Under the pieces are notes generated by a model, which saw nothing but the letters and a program-made list of their open reading frames with translations, did not search any database and was not told the DNA's origin. A stretch of DNA of 64,000 nt from Rubripirellula sp. (GTDB lineage Bacteria; Planctomycetota; Planctomycetia; Pirellulales; Pirellulaceae): assembly GCA_965216875.1 (NCBI GenBank), contig OZ244207.1, positions 6,144,001 to 6,208,000 of the forward strand, read 5' to 3'. The position numbers and the translations under genes are program-made. Positions 41,676 to 51,089 of the stretch are shown in pieces. Every line of letters starts with the position of its first letter. Positions within the stretch are counted from its first letter, which is position 1.

Positions 41676-43151
41676 TTACCAAAACCGCGTCAGCCACTTC
41701 CAAAAGGGATGATGCGCCATCGCCACGGTGAACAAGACCGCGGTCGGGCCAATCGCAAACTGGGCCTGCAACGCAGTTTGTCGAAAGCGACTCGAGCGAC
41801 CTCGCTTCGTCATGGCATTCCAAACCAACGAAGCGACGATCCAAAAGACTGCGATCGTGACGGTTGCCTGCCATCCGAGCGACACGCCGAGCAGAACAAA
41901 AGGCACTGGTGATGAAGTTCCAATTCCTAGACGGCGAGACCCCAGCGCGATCATCCACCCGACGATTCCCCCGACCACACAGGAGATGGCGCGGACGGCG
42001 ATGGGCGGCAATGAGTCAGCGATCTTGGTTGGAAGAAACTCGTCAAATGCGACCGGCAGCAACGTCGGAGCGACCACGGCAAGCGCAGTGAATAAGCCAA
42101 TCAACGTGATCGACGCACGTCTTGAGCAGCGCAAGCGATCCGTTTCCATCAACGCAAACACGACCAGGCAACTGAACATGAACACGTGGTAGAAGTAGAT
42201 GCCAATGACGGGCCACTTGGCATAGAGAATGATCCAAAGGATTCCGGCGAAATGGTAATGCTGGAAACTCGGTACATTCGCTGCCCCGGTCACTAGCTCA
42301 TACAAAAAGAGCGAGGAGAAGATGGTTCCCACAACCACTTCGACGGCAAAGTAGCGGACCGGGATCTGGACCTTGCATGCTCGACACCGCCCCTGCAAAG
42401 CCAGGTAGCTCATGATGGGCAGGTTATCGATGCGACGAATTTCGGTACCACACTTTGGACAGGCTGATGATCGAAGTGCGATGGACTCGCCCCGTGGCAG
42501 ACTCGATGCGACGACATTCAGAAAACTGCCGACGCATGCACCCAAGTACGCAAACAGCGAAAAGACAAACAGCTTTGCACTACGAACTCGTAGCAGTTCC
42601 CAAAAGGACATCTTCTCAACGACGAAACCCTCGGGGAGATCCTTTTGATGGCTTGAGAATCCGTCTGATTCGGGCCAAAGCAGCAAATAGACCAGCGCTG
42701 AACCGGCGACAATCACGACCGTGACGGCGCGCATCAGGCCGTTCATCCCCCCTCTTCCGATCACCATCACCACCTCTCTCATTGCGAGAAACGCAACGCA
42801 ACTGAGCATTGCCACGGGTGAGAAAAAAGGGAGTGGTGAAAGCCATTGACCGTCTGCCTGAGCGACGGCGGCAAGTCCTACGCCAACTGATAAAAGAACG
42901 ACCAAACGGACAAGGCCAGCAAACCGGTTGGAAAGGAGTGTTGCCAACGACACCAAACAAGTCGCAATCATGACGAAGGCTGGAAGCCCCGTTGAAACTC
43001 GCGTTGCCCAAATGATCGCGGTGCAAATGGTTGTGCTCAGCAAAACCAAACGCGCATATTCACCCAACAACGAGTTGTTGATGGGGTCGTAGGATGATCT
43101 CGACGTGCGAGCTTCCTGGAGCGCTAGTTGCTGTCCAGCAAAAACATTCAT
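41676..43151 (-). CDS. Prepilin peptidase (A24)-like protein with N-terminal membrane extension
   Basis: GACVGSFLNVV...SACPKC...DNLPIMSYLALQGRCRAC..IPVRY is the PilD N-terminal Zn domain, preceded by about 190 aa of TM segments. Start trimmed to ATG 43151. Confidence 0.85.
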   Translation of the reverse strand: MNVFAGQQLALQEARTSRSSYDPINNSLLGEYARLVLLSTTICTAIIWATRVSTGLPAFVMIATCLVSLATLLSNRFAGLVRLVVLLSVGVGLAAVAQADGQWLSPLPFFSPVAMLSCVAFLAMREVVMVIGRGGMNGLMRAVTVVIVAGSALVYLLLWPESDGFSSHQKDLPEGFVVEKMSFWELLRVRSAKLFVFSLFAYLGACVGSFLNVVASSLPRGESIALRSSACPKCGTEIRRIDNLPIMSYLALQGRCRACKVQIPVRYFAVEVVVGTIFSSLFLYELVTGAANVPSFQHYHFAGILWIILYAKWPVIGIYFYHVFMFSCLVVFALMETDRLRCSRRASITLIGLFTALAVVAPTLLPVAFDEFLPTKIADSLPPIAVRAISCVVGGIVGWMIALGSRRLGIGTSSPVPFVLLGVSLGWQATVTIAVFWIVASLVWNAMTKRGRSSRFRQTALQAQFAIGPTAVLFTVAMAHHPFWKWLTRFW

Positions 43152-43462
43152 GATTTTGGTCCGTTCCCAGGAATGGATCGACAAGTCGAATTCACAGGAG
43201 CGATGGCTTGTTCGTGACGTTGATTGTTTGCCAGGATCTGCTGTATCTGTAATCGAAAGGGCCAAAGGAGCCCTGACTGCGCGACGCGCCACCGATCGGG
43301 TTTGGTCGGACCGTGACCGATCACACGTTCGCGCAGCAGGACGCGTGTAGCATGCAGAACCAGGCGAGAACGAAACGCAACCTGTCCGTGTGAATGCGCG
43401 CATCGAATGTTCGCGAGCGCATCGGCAGACGATCTGGGTTGACTATTCAGTCGTGATGATGA

Positions 43463-43963
43463 TCAGACCAAGAGAGGTGGCCCACGCGGATGTGCCGCTG
43501 TGAACCATGGTTGAGGCTGGGAAAGAACGGTTGCGGTAACGACAACATCAACTGCCGTACCACAAACCTCGGGGATGAATCCCGTCCACTTCACACCAAC
43601 GGGGCAGGCCAACGATTGGCAAACCACGCAATCATCGGCGTCATGGTGGTGGTGAGAACCGCTCTGCTCGTGGTCGCCCAATCCGGTGGAAGCGGGGTCG
43701 CCCAATCCGGTGGAAGCGGGGTCGCCCAATCCGGTGGAAGCGGATTGAGCAGAGGAGCGAGCAGTTTCGTTGTCAGCGTCACCTTGTTGTCCGCCGTGAT
43801 GGTGACAGCAATGGCCGCAACTTGGCGCCGGCGCGTCTTCCTGTTCAAAAGCCGTAGCGCACGAGTCTTCACACGTTGCCACATGGATCCACGCTGGCAC
43901 GCGACCGAAGACGATCAGCAGGCAAATCGTGGCGGCGATGAAGGGTCGGATAACAGAATGCAC
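43463..43963 (-). CDS. DUF2946/CruR-like leader protein (TM, His/Cys-rich, CxxC, C-terminal RGPP)
   Basis: TM then WIH; CGHCCHHH; HHHHDADDCVVC; ends HPRGPPLLV*. Confidence 0.8.
   Translation of the reverse strand: MHSVIRPFIAATICLLIVFGRVPAWIHVATCEDSCATAFEQEDAPAPSCGHCCHHHGGQQGDADNETARSSAQSASTGLGDPASTGLGDPASTGLGDHEQSGSHHHHDADDCVVCQSLACPVGVKWTGFIPEVCGTAVDVVVTATVLSQPQPWFTAAHPRGPPLLV
43672..43743. repeat. Perfect 3 x 24-bp in-frame tandem repeat
   Basis: GGTCGCCCAATCCGGTGGAAGCGG three times; encodes repeated ASTGLGDP. Confidence 0.95.
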
Positions 43964-44124
43964 AGCACTGAAACGGCTACGAAAGACACCGGGTGCGGTC
44001 CGACCAAAAGACTTGCAAGAGTTACGATGACTACCCAGCGGTGGTTCGTCAAGTAACCCGAAGCCTCAAAGTCCTATTTCGTCGTCTCCGCACCTCCTTG
44101 TGCGATCGGCGAGCCTATTTCGAG

Positions 44125-44424
44125 TCACTCATGCGTTAAATAGTCAACCAACGCGTCAAACGCATTCAGATCGTATTTATTGAGGTAATCATCTTTTGAT
44201 TTTGGTTGAGACGAAAGTTTGACGACTGCGATCTTTCGGGTGGCATCAAGGTAGATCCACTGACGATGGATACCGATCGCCATGAACGCTTCTCTGCCCT
44301 TCGTGTGTTTGACCCACCACTGCCCTCGATAGCTCCACTCACCTTTGGCGTGAACGTAGTCATCAGAATCAGGACCGGTATCGAATGCTTCGATGCTGCC
44401 ACCTTTGGCAATCGTCCGAAGCAC
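44125..44424 (-). pseudogene. C-terminal fragment of a serine hydrolase (NylB/beta-lactamase-like)
   Basis: YRGQWW...MAIGIHRQWIYLD...VVKLSSQP matches the family C-terminus. No SxxK region; only about 110 nt separate it from the tRNA 3' end. Confidence 0.7.
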
Positions 44425-44531
44425 GTCCGAGGGAAAAGGCTGAGAGAGTCTGGCGATACCTGAAGGTTGAGTGGTTAGAGGGGGAACGCAGCCTCGTCCA
44501 CGATCTTCGAAGATGTCTCACGATTGAGAAG

Positions 44532-44617
44532 TACCCAGGACCGGACTCGAACCGGTACAGCCGCATTTGGCCGGGGGATTTTAAATCCCCTGTGTCTGCC
44601 AATTCCACCACCTGGGC
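44532..44617 (-). tRNA. tRNA-Leu (anticodon TAA)
   Basis: GCCCAGG/CCTGGGT acceptor stem, GGAATTGGCAGAC D-arm, GGGGA-TTTAAAA-TCCCC anticodon arm, long variable arm, GTTCGAGTC T-loop, discriminator A. CCA not encoded. Confidence 0.97.
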
Positions 44618-44876
44618 ATGTTTCTTGAGGCGAAACATCGTTGGAAGCCGTCAACTTAATCCACTCATCACGGATAGCCAACCACTCGATTCTTGAAGGG
44701 CACTCTCCCGATGACAGTCCACCAGCGCGTCATGCGCATCATGACCTACTGACAGTCGCCGTGCGCTCGAGGTTCATCAAAAGAACGATTCCCCGCAACT
44801 CGTGTCATGCGACTCGTGTCACGGGGAATCAGTGTTGTTGCGGGGAACTTGTTACCGCTTCCTCGCCGTTGAAACT

Positions 44877-45911
44877 CTAACGGTTCAGCGCGATGCGGAA
44901 GTAGGCTCCGTCAAGGCTGATGTCATCGATCAGGTGCGCGTTTTGAGCTTCCATGTAGGCGTCGGTAAAGACACGCGTGTCGGCCAAGTTGAACCAGTTG
45001 GTCATCTCGTAGCCGCCAGCAACGCTGAACCAGTACTTGCCAAACTGACGTTGGAAGTTGATTCCAACATTCATGTCCAAGACGGGCGTCATGCGAGTCT
45101 CGCTAAAGGTCACGTCCGTTGGCACGCCAGGTTCGTCATCTGGAATGAAGACACGCGTGTCAACGGTTCCCATCATCATCCCCATGTTTGAACCGACGCT
45201 TAGCTTCAAGCTAGGGAGCAATCGCCAGATCAGATCGCCGCCAGCCATGATGCCGCCACCGCGGTATTCACCCGTCTTGAACGCGCTAAAGGGAACTTGA
45301 AAATCACCGCCGGTGTAGCGAGCTGTGAAGGCTTGGTCGACCGATGCAGCTCGTCCACCACCACCAAGTCGCAGCGACAGGCTATCGGTCAACACGAGGG
45401 TTTGCGCGAGCTCGACATCAAAAACTCGATAGTCGAACGCCTTGCCAGCCAAGACTTGTGTGGCGCGATCGTCGGGAGTGACATCGTTAACGTTGTCATC
45501 CGAGTCGTTGTTCTCGCCGTTGTCGCTCGAAACGAAAACACTGCGATGGCTACCAAGGCCAAGTTCGGAGTGCCAGGTGTCGAAGTCGGTGAACTGAAAC
45601 ATGAGCTCGGGCCCCTGTTTCATTCGCCGGCCGAGGGCAATTCGATACCCCGTGTCGTACTTGCCGCCAAGTGACAAGACCGATCCAACCGCTCCACGGT
45701 CTTGGACTCCGCCGATGTCTGTGATCGCATACTGATTGCCCGCTTCACGCACGCTCCAGTGAAGCACATCGAAAGAACCGACCCAACCGCCTGCGCCATC
45801 CGTGGCCAACGTCGACGCGTTGACGGGAAGGGTTGATTGCGAAATTGCAACCTGACTGAGACTAAGAGTTGCGACGAGCGCGCACGTGGCTGCAATAAAC
45901 CTACGAAACAT
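44877..45911 (-). CDS. Outer-membrane beta-barrel protein (Lpg1974/BBP7-like)
   Basis: Signal peptide, alternating amphipathic strands, GYEMTNWFN and C-terminal DISLDGAYFRIALNR. Start trimmed to ATG 45911. Confidence 0.8.
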   Translation of the reverse strand: MFRRFIAATCALVATLSLSQVAISQSTLPVNASTLATDGAGGWVGSFDVLHWSVREAGNQYAITDIGGVQDRGAVGSVLSLGGKYDTGYRIALGRRMKQGPELMFQFTDFDTWHSELGLGSHRSVFVSSDNGENNDSDDNVNDVTPDDRATQVLAGKAFDYRVFDVELAQTLVLTDSLSLRLGGGGRAASVDQAFTARYTGGDFQVPFSAFKTGEYRGGGIMAGGDLIWRLLPSLKLSVGSNMGMMMGTVDTRVFIPDDEPGVPTDVTFSETRMTPVLDMNVGINFQRQFGKYWFSVAGGYEMTNWFNLADTRVFTDAYMEAQNAHLIDDISLDGAYFRIALNR

Positions 45912-46387
45912 CCTTGCCCTCCCTGGCAAAAGAAGCGTTGTGTGGGTGGTCGTGAAACCTTCCGGCAAAACGCTGGCTTGAACGAACCTGTTCGAAAAAC
46001 CACGGCGTTCGCAATCTGCGGAAGTCGTGCCGAAGGATGGCAACATCCATGCTGCCGTTCTAACACGTTTTCGTTGCAGATATCGGATAGGCCCCAAGAG
46101 CTGAACCACCTTGTTCACGTCATGCACGCGAAACTCTGTCGCGACGCGCCAACAGCCCGCATTGAACCAGTCGTTCGGATTAATCCGAATCTCAGTAACA
46201 TTCCGTCAGCGAGCTTCAACCCGACTGCAACAACCGATGCACTCGCCAACTGACAAACACTCTCAGTCCCTGTGATCCTTCATCTCATTTGCTAAACGGG
46301 CGCAAGGCAATAGTCTGGTTGTTCGGATTGCTCCGGAAAAACTGGTCGCACTGACGAATCTCCACGAAGAACGCTGACGAGCTCGTG

Positions 46388-48007
46388 ATGAAAATCCAAA
46401 CCCGATGGCTCTTGATTTCGCTATTCGTATTCTCGAGTACCAGTGGGGCACCAGCGGACGAGCGGCCGAACATCGTCGTGATCATGGCCGACGACATGGG
46501 CTACTCCGACATCGGATGTTATGGCGGTGAAATTGAAACGCCCAATCTCGACCGGCTTGCATCACGCGGGTTGCGTTTCACGCAGTTCTACAACACCGGG
46601 CGTTGCTGCCCGACTCGCGCATCGCTGCTGACGGGGCTGTATCCGCATCAGGCTGGCATCGGTCATATGGTCTACTCAGATAAGGGGCCAGGCTATCGAC
46701 CCTACCTGAACGACAACTGCGTCACCATTGCTGAAGTCCTTGGCGACGCGGGCTATCGCACGATGATGGCGGGCAAATGGCACGTTGGTCACAAACCGGG
46801 ACAGTGGCCATCCGATCGTGGCTTTCAACATTTCTACGGCATTCATATCCACGTCGACAGTTACTTCAAAGTGCTCGGCGGATGTCCGATCTACCACAAC
46901 GACAGACTTGTGATCCCGCCAACGGCGAATCCCAAGAACGAGCTTCATCCTGACCAAGAATGGTACACAACCGATGTTTTCACCGATTGGTCCCTCAAGT
47001 TTCTTGGTGAGGCGGCTGATGATGAGCGCCCCTTCTTTTTATATACCGCCTACAACGCGCCGCACTGGCCGTTAGAAGCTCCCGACGATGTGGTTGCCAA
47101 GTATGAGGATCGGTACGCGGATGGATGGGACGAACTTCGCAAGACGAAGCTCGCGCGGATGAAAGAGATGGGCATGGTTGATTTGAAGACCGAGCTCTCA
47201 CCCTCCGGATGCCCCGAATGGGAGTCGCTGAGCAAAGACGATCGAGCTGAGCTTGAATTCCGTCGCCAGATTTACGCTGCGCAAGTCGACAGGATGGACC
47301 AGAACATTGGTCGCATCGTCGACAAGCTTGAACAACTCGGCAAACTCGACAACACGCTATTGATGTTTCTTTCCGACAATGGTTGTTGCGCAGAAGGAGG
47401 AATGTTCGGCTACCAGTGGAATAAAAACCGGCAAGACAACTTCGCAAAGTGGCGAAATCAGTCGGGCCGTTCAAGCAGCATGGGCGAGGCTTGGTCCAAT
47501 GCCTCCAACGCTCCATTTCGAATGCACAAACGATGGGTCCACGAGGGCGGCATTGCGACACCTCTCATTGTGCACTGGCCGAAGATCATTAACCGCGGTG
47601 GCTTGATGGTTCGTCAACCGGCGCATGTCGTCGACATCCTTGCAACGTGTGCCGATGTTGCAAAGGCGACTTATCCAACAAACCGCGAAGGTAACACCAT
47701 CAAGCATTCTCCAGGATCAAGCCTGCAAGGATCGTTCAAAACGCCAGACGTCGTGCGCAAGCGAACGCTCTATTGGGAACATGAAACCCATGCTGCGATA
47801 CGTCGTGGCGATTGGAAACTTGTCACGCTCAATGCAACAGACAGGAAAGCGTGGGAGCTCTACGATCTGAGCAAGCTGCGCACGGAAACCAATGACGTTG
47901 CCTCGCGCCACCCGCAGCTCGTTGATGAACTCGTCGACGATTGGACTCGATGGGCCAAGCGTACCAATGTGCTGCCGTGGCCCAAGGACCGCCAAAAAAA
48001 CAAATAG
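46388..48007 (+). CDS. Arylsulfatase
   Basis: RPNIVVIMADDMGYSDIGCYGGEIETPNLD, CCPTR, GKWH, YNAPHWP, HEGGIATP. Confidence 0.96.
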   Translation: MKIQTRWLLISLFVFSSTSGAPADERPNIVVIMADDMGYSDIGCYGGEIETPNLDRLASRGLRFTQFYNTGRCCPTRASLLTGLYPHQAGIGHMVYSDKGPGYRPYLNDNCVTIAEVLGDAGYRTMMAGKWHVGHKPGQWPSDRGFQHFYGIHIHVDSYFKVLGGCPIYHNDRLVIPPTANPKNELHPDQEWYTTDVFTDWSLKFLGEAADDERPFFLYTAYNAPHWPLEAPDDVVAKYEDRYADGWDELRKTKLARMKEMGMVDLKTELSPSGCPEWESLSKDDRAELEFRRQIYAAQVDRMDQNIGRIVDKLEQLGKLDNTLLMFLSDNGCCAEGGMFGYQWNKNRQDNFAKWRNQSGRSSSMGEAWSNASNAPFRMHKRWVHEGGIATPLIVHWPKIINRGGLMVRQPAHVVDILATCADVAKATYPTNREGNTIKHSPGSSLQGSFKTPDVVRKRTLYWEHETHAAIRRGDWKLVTLNATDRKAWELYDLSKLRTETNDVASRHPQLVDELVDDWTRWAKRTNVLPWPKDRQKNK

Positions 48008-48123
48008 TCGACGCCCTGCGACTGAGAATCGGAGATTGAGAATGAGGGGCTGATGGTGCTTCGGGGATTGGCACTGCTACCCAGATGGATGGTATACGCT
48101 TGTCGCCGATTGCAAGAAAGGAG
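47977..48123 (+). repeat. About 150-bp imperfect direct repeat, copy 1 (includes the arylsulfatase 3' end)
   Basis: Aligns with 50865-51014; shares the exact 33-mer CTGATGGTGCTTCGGGGATTGGCACTGCTACCC. Confidence 0.92.
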
Positions 48124-48182
48124 GGCAATTACGTAAAAAGGGAGCGCTGGGTCACCTAGGGCAGCAGCGACCTTCAACCATC

Positions 48183-48974
48183 GTGTGGGGTACCACGGTG
48201 TCGGGAAAAACTCGAACTTCCGATCTAATCTCATACACAATCGTGATCGTCGGATTCGGCGTTGCGATTTGGACGTTGGTGATTCGAGAGCCACCAACCA
48301 ACCCAATGACCGTCTACGCGCTGCGGATCTTTTTGTCGCTCGCAGCCGGGTTGGCAGCCAACATCATCACTGGCTCACTCGACATCAAGTTGCTCAAAGA
48401 GAACAACGAGATTCGTTCGACTGGAGCAATCGCATTCGCGTTGCTGACTTTCTACTCGGCCCCAACGCTGACGCCAACGCTTGACCCGATCAACGTACAA
48501 CGTGATCCACCCCGGATCATTAACGGGCAAGTTTGGACGATGAACAACCTGCTTCCTCCCCACGATTATCCGGAAGCGCAGCGTTCGCGCTGGGTTTTTG
48601 ACACTGTCACACTGATGCAACGTAAGGCAGCGTTGGAACCGATTCAAGGCGAGGGCAAAACGATCTACGCGATCGCCGAAACGCCGCGCATGGACGCCGC
48701 CTACCGTGCCTTCGAGGCAGAAGTTCGGACACTCCCTCCGCTCAGCAAATCGCGGCCTGGCGACCGGCACAAGATCCAAGCGTTTCTCGTGTCAACCGAA
48801 AAGCGACTTCACTCATACACACCGCTGACGCGGAAGTTTGATGAAATGACTCGTGAGCTATTCATCAATGTTCCCGAGTCACGTCCGGGCGATTACTTGA
48901 TGTTCATAATCGAGTTTCGATTCTCGGAAAAGACGCCCACACAAATCATTCCTTTCGAGCTGCGTACTAACTAG
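48183..48974 (+). CDS. Hypothetical protein with three N-terminal TM segments
   Basis: 263-aa ORF with a hydrophobic N-terminal third; tightly spaced with the next gene. Start uncertain (GTG 48183 or 48198). Confidence 0.75.
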   Translation: MWGTTVSGKTRTSDLISYTIVIVGFGVAIWTLVIREPPTNPMTVYALRIFLSLAAGLAANIITGSLDIKLLKENNEIRSTGAIAFALLTFYSAPTLTPTLDPINVQRDPPRIINGQVWTMNNLLPPHDYPEAQRSRWVFDTVTLMQRKAALEPIQGEGKTIYAIAETPRMDAAYRAFEAEVRTLPPLSKSRPGDRHKIQAFLVSTEKRLHSYTPLTRKFDEMTRELFINVPESRPGDYLMFIIEFRFSEKTPTQIIPFELRTN

Positions 48975-48985
48975 GAGTTAAACAA

Positions 48986-50044
48986 ATGGTATCGCTGCAT
49001 CAGATTCAGTTTGCGTTGATTGGCATTGTTTTGATCGGTATTACGAGGCCCGCCGAATGCACAGCAGAAGCAAGGTATTGGACGAACGAACAAACTCAGC
49101 AGCGTGTACTTGCCGAACTCGATCGAGTAGACCTGGAAACCCGAACGGTCTATTTCCTAATCAGTACGGGTGAGCAGAAGCACGCTTCACTCGGCGTCTT
49201 GTCCCAAGTTGATCTCGATTACATCCGTATAAACGGAGCTGCTGAGAATCAATTGGTATCGATGCTACAGAGCACAAGTACGGCACAGATCTCCGGTATC
49301 GTGTTTGACCGTGACCGAGATCCAACAGCTGGTGTGGTCGTTCGTGCCGTTAGTCAGCTTAATCCTGACGATGTCGTAGCGCGTGTGATCACTGGTGCCG
49401 ATGGCTCTTACAAACTTGACATTCCGCTGGATGATCGCGTCAGCATTGACCAGCTTCGCCTTGACTTTATTCCACCAGAGGGCATGGTTCCGGGAACGGA
49501 CGAGCAACTCAAGAGCGACCGTGTTCAAACGATCAACAAAGTGCTCGATGGCGTTCCAAATAGCAAGCCTGCTCGCGAGGCAGCGGTGGCCGATCCTCCA
49601 GCCAATGTCGAGAATGCTCAAGACAGCGTGGAGCGAAGTGTGCAAGCACAAGCGATTGCTGGCGCCGCTCCCGCAATGTCCGAGTCGGCTGCTCGCCAAG
49701 AGCTCAAGCAGATTTTTGATAATCTGCAAACGATGGAAGAGTTCCTTCAGCGAACAGAACTCAAAGACAAGTTTGGTGAAGATGACATCGCGTTACGCGA
49801 TCGGATCTTGCAATACCTCGAATCGGTTCAGGACTTGCCAGGGATTCAACCGGGGACGGGTCGAATATACGACAGCGTCAAAAGCAAGATTGACTACCTG
49901 CGTACCGAATACGACCTCGATCAGCCCGCAATGGCAGCCTCGCAAGTGTGTACAACCCGCACCGTTTGCCAGCCGGCATGCCGCCCAGTCTGTCGCACGG
50001 TGAAGCCTCGCCGATGTGGACTCTTCCGCCGCTGGTCAAACTGA
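48986..50044 (+). CDS. Secreted protein: SHD1-like + carboxypeptidase-regulatory-like domain + Cys-rich tail
   Basis: AGGAG RBS, signal peptide, RYWT...LS..D.DYI (SHD1), ISGIVFD...TGADGSY, tail VCQPACRPVC...RRCGLFRR. Confidence 0.75.
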   Translation: MVSLHQIQFALIGIVLIGITRPAECTAEARYWTNEQTQQRVLAELDRVDLETRTVYFLISTGEQKHASLGVLSQVDLDYIRINGAAENQLVSMLQSTSTAQISGIVFDRDRDPTAGVVVRAVSQLNPDDVVARVITGADGSYKLDIPLDDRVSIDQLRLDFIPPEGMVPGTDEQLKSDRVQTINKVLDGVPNSKPAREAAVADPPANVENAQDSVERSVQAQAIAGAAPAMSESAARQELKQIFDNLQTMEEFLQRTELKDKFGEDDIALRDRILQYLESVQDLPGIQPGTGRIYDSVKSKIDYLRTEYDLDQPAMAASQVCTTRTVCQPACRPVCRTVKPRRCGLFRRWSN

Positions 50045-50087
50045 TTTTGTAGTCCGCAACGATCCCGAATTCTAATCGTGTGATGTC

Positions 50088-50636
50088 ATGGCGAAGAAAC
50101 GCGCAACCAATCGACAGCGAGCAGCCCGCGAAGAAGACGCTGTTGAGGATCCTCAGGAGCTTGAGGAGGCAGTCGATCCAATCGACGGCCTTCCTGAGTT
50201 GACAATCAAACCAACCACGATTGTCATGGCGCTCTTCCTGGTTCCCACTGTCGGTATGTTGGCAGTGTTGTTGCTTTACTTGGGCACGGTTTCACCGCTC
50301 GTTGATGCGGGGACTGCGACCGAGTTATCGCTGCCGCGAAGCCTGGAGCTTGTCCGCGTGACATCGGTCTTGGTCGGTGGCCTGTCATTGTTGGTTACGG
50401 GAACCATGTTGATCAGCGTTGGTCTAGTCAGTCGTCCCCGAATCGTCGACGCCGACGAAGCGTCGCGTGAGGTCGAGATCGCGAAGGCGCGACAACGGGT
50501 CATCACCGCTGGCGTATTCGCCTCCTTTGTAGGAGGCGTTCTACTTTCAATCGGGTTGCTTGTCAAAATCGATCCGCCAACCTTGCCTAAGGCAGGATTG
50601 CCACAACCAACGATGCCAAAGACGCTAAGCCCCTAA
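50088..50636 (+). CDS. Hypothetical membrane protein (three TM)
   Basis: 182-aa ORF with three hydrophobic segments. Confidence 0.7.
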   Translation: MAKKRATNRQRAAREEDAVEDPQELEEAVDPIDGLPELTIKPTTIVMALFLVPTVGMLAVLLLYLGTVSPLVDAGTATELSLPRSLELVRVTSVLVGGLSLLVTGTMLISVGLVSRPRIVDADEASREVEIAKARQRVITAGVFASFVGGVLLSIGLLVKIDPPTLPKAGLPQPTMPKTLSP

Positions 50637-50864
50637 CAGGGTGAATCGTCCAACCAAGCAAACCCTTGTTTGAGGGGATAGGCATTTACTTGATGGGTTT
50701 GCGAAGAGACACGCAATGCGATACCCCGCGCGTGGTAAGACAGTACGGTCGCTGTCAAAACAGTTCGATTTAGCTGTGCGTGGGTTTCGATTCTTCATAT
50801 CGCGTCTGTACCCTGGATTTCGCGCTCAGATATCGTGCCTGTCCCCTGGCGACGCGGTACGGCG

Positions 50865-51014
50865 GTGGCCCAAGGAACGCCCCAAAAAAATAGTCGAAGC
50901 CATGCGACTGAGAATTGGGGATTGAGAATGAGGGACTGATGGTGCTTCGGGGATTGGCACTGCTACCCCGATTAAAAAATGGTACGCGTTTGTCGCCGAT
51001 TGCAAGAAAAGGAG
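50865..51014 (+). repeat. About 150-bp imperfect direct repeat, copy 2
   Basis: Begins GTGGCCCAAGGA and carries a WPKERPKK-like copy of the sulfatase tail. Confidence 0.92.
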
Positions 51015-51089
51015 CAAGCGGTCGAAAGCTTCACTTTGGCTGGCACAAGTGATTGAAAAAGTGCGCTGCAAGTTGCTCGTTTCGGGATC

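Noticed and set aside
43152..43403. 84-aa N-terminal extension of the prepilin-peptidase-like ORF
   Set aside because: Arg/Ser-rich, non-protein-like composition; more likely untranslated. If it were translated, the gap after leader 1 would shrink to about 60 nt.
38100..44617. Intact prophage or integrative element at tRNA-Leu
   Set aside because: No integrase, phage or conjugation genes, and no att duplication found by eye.
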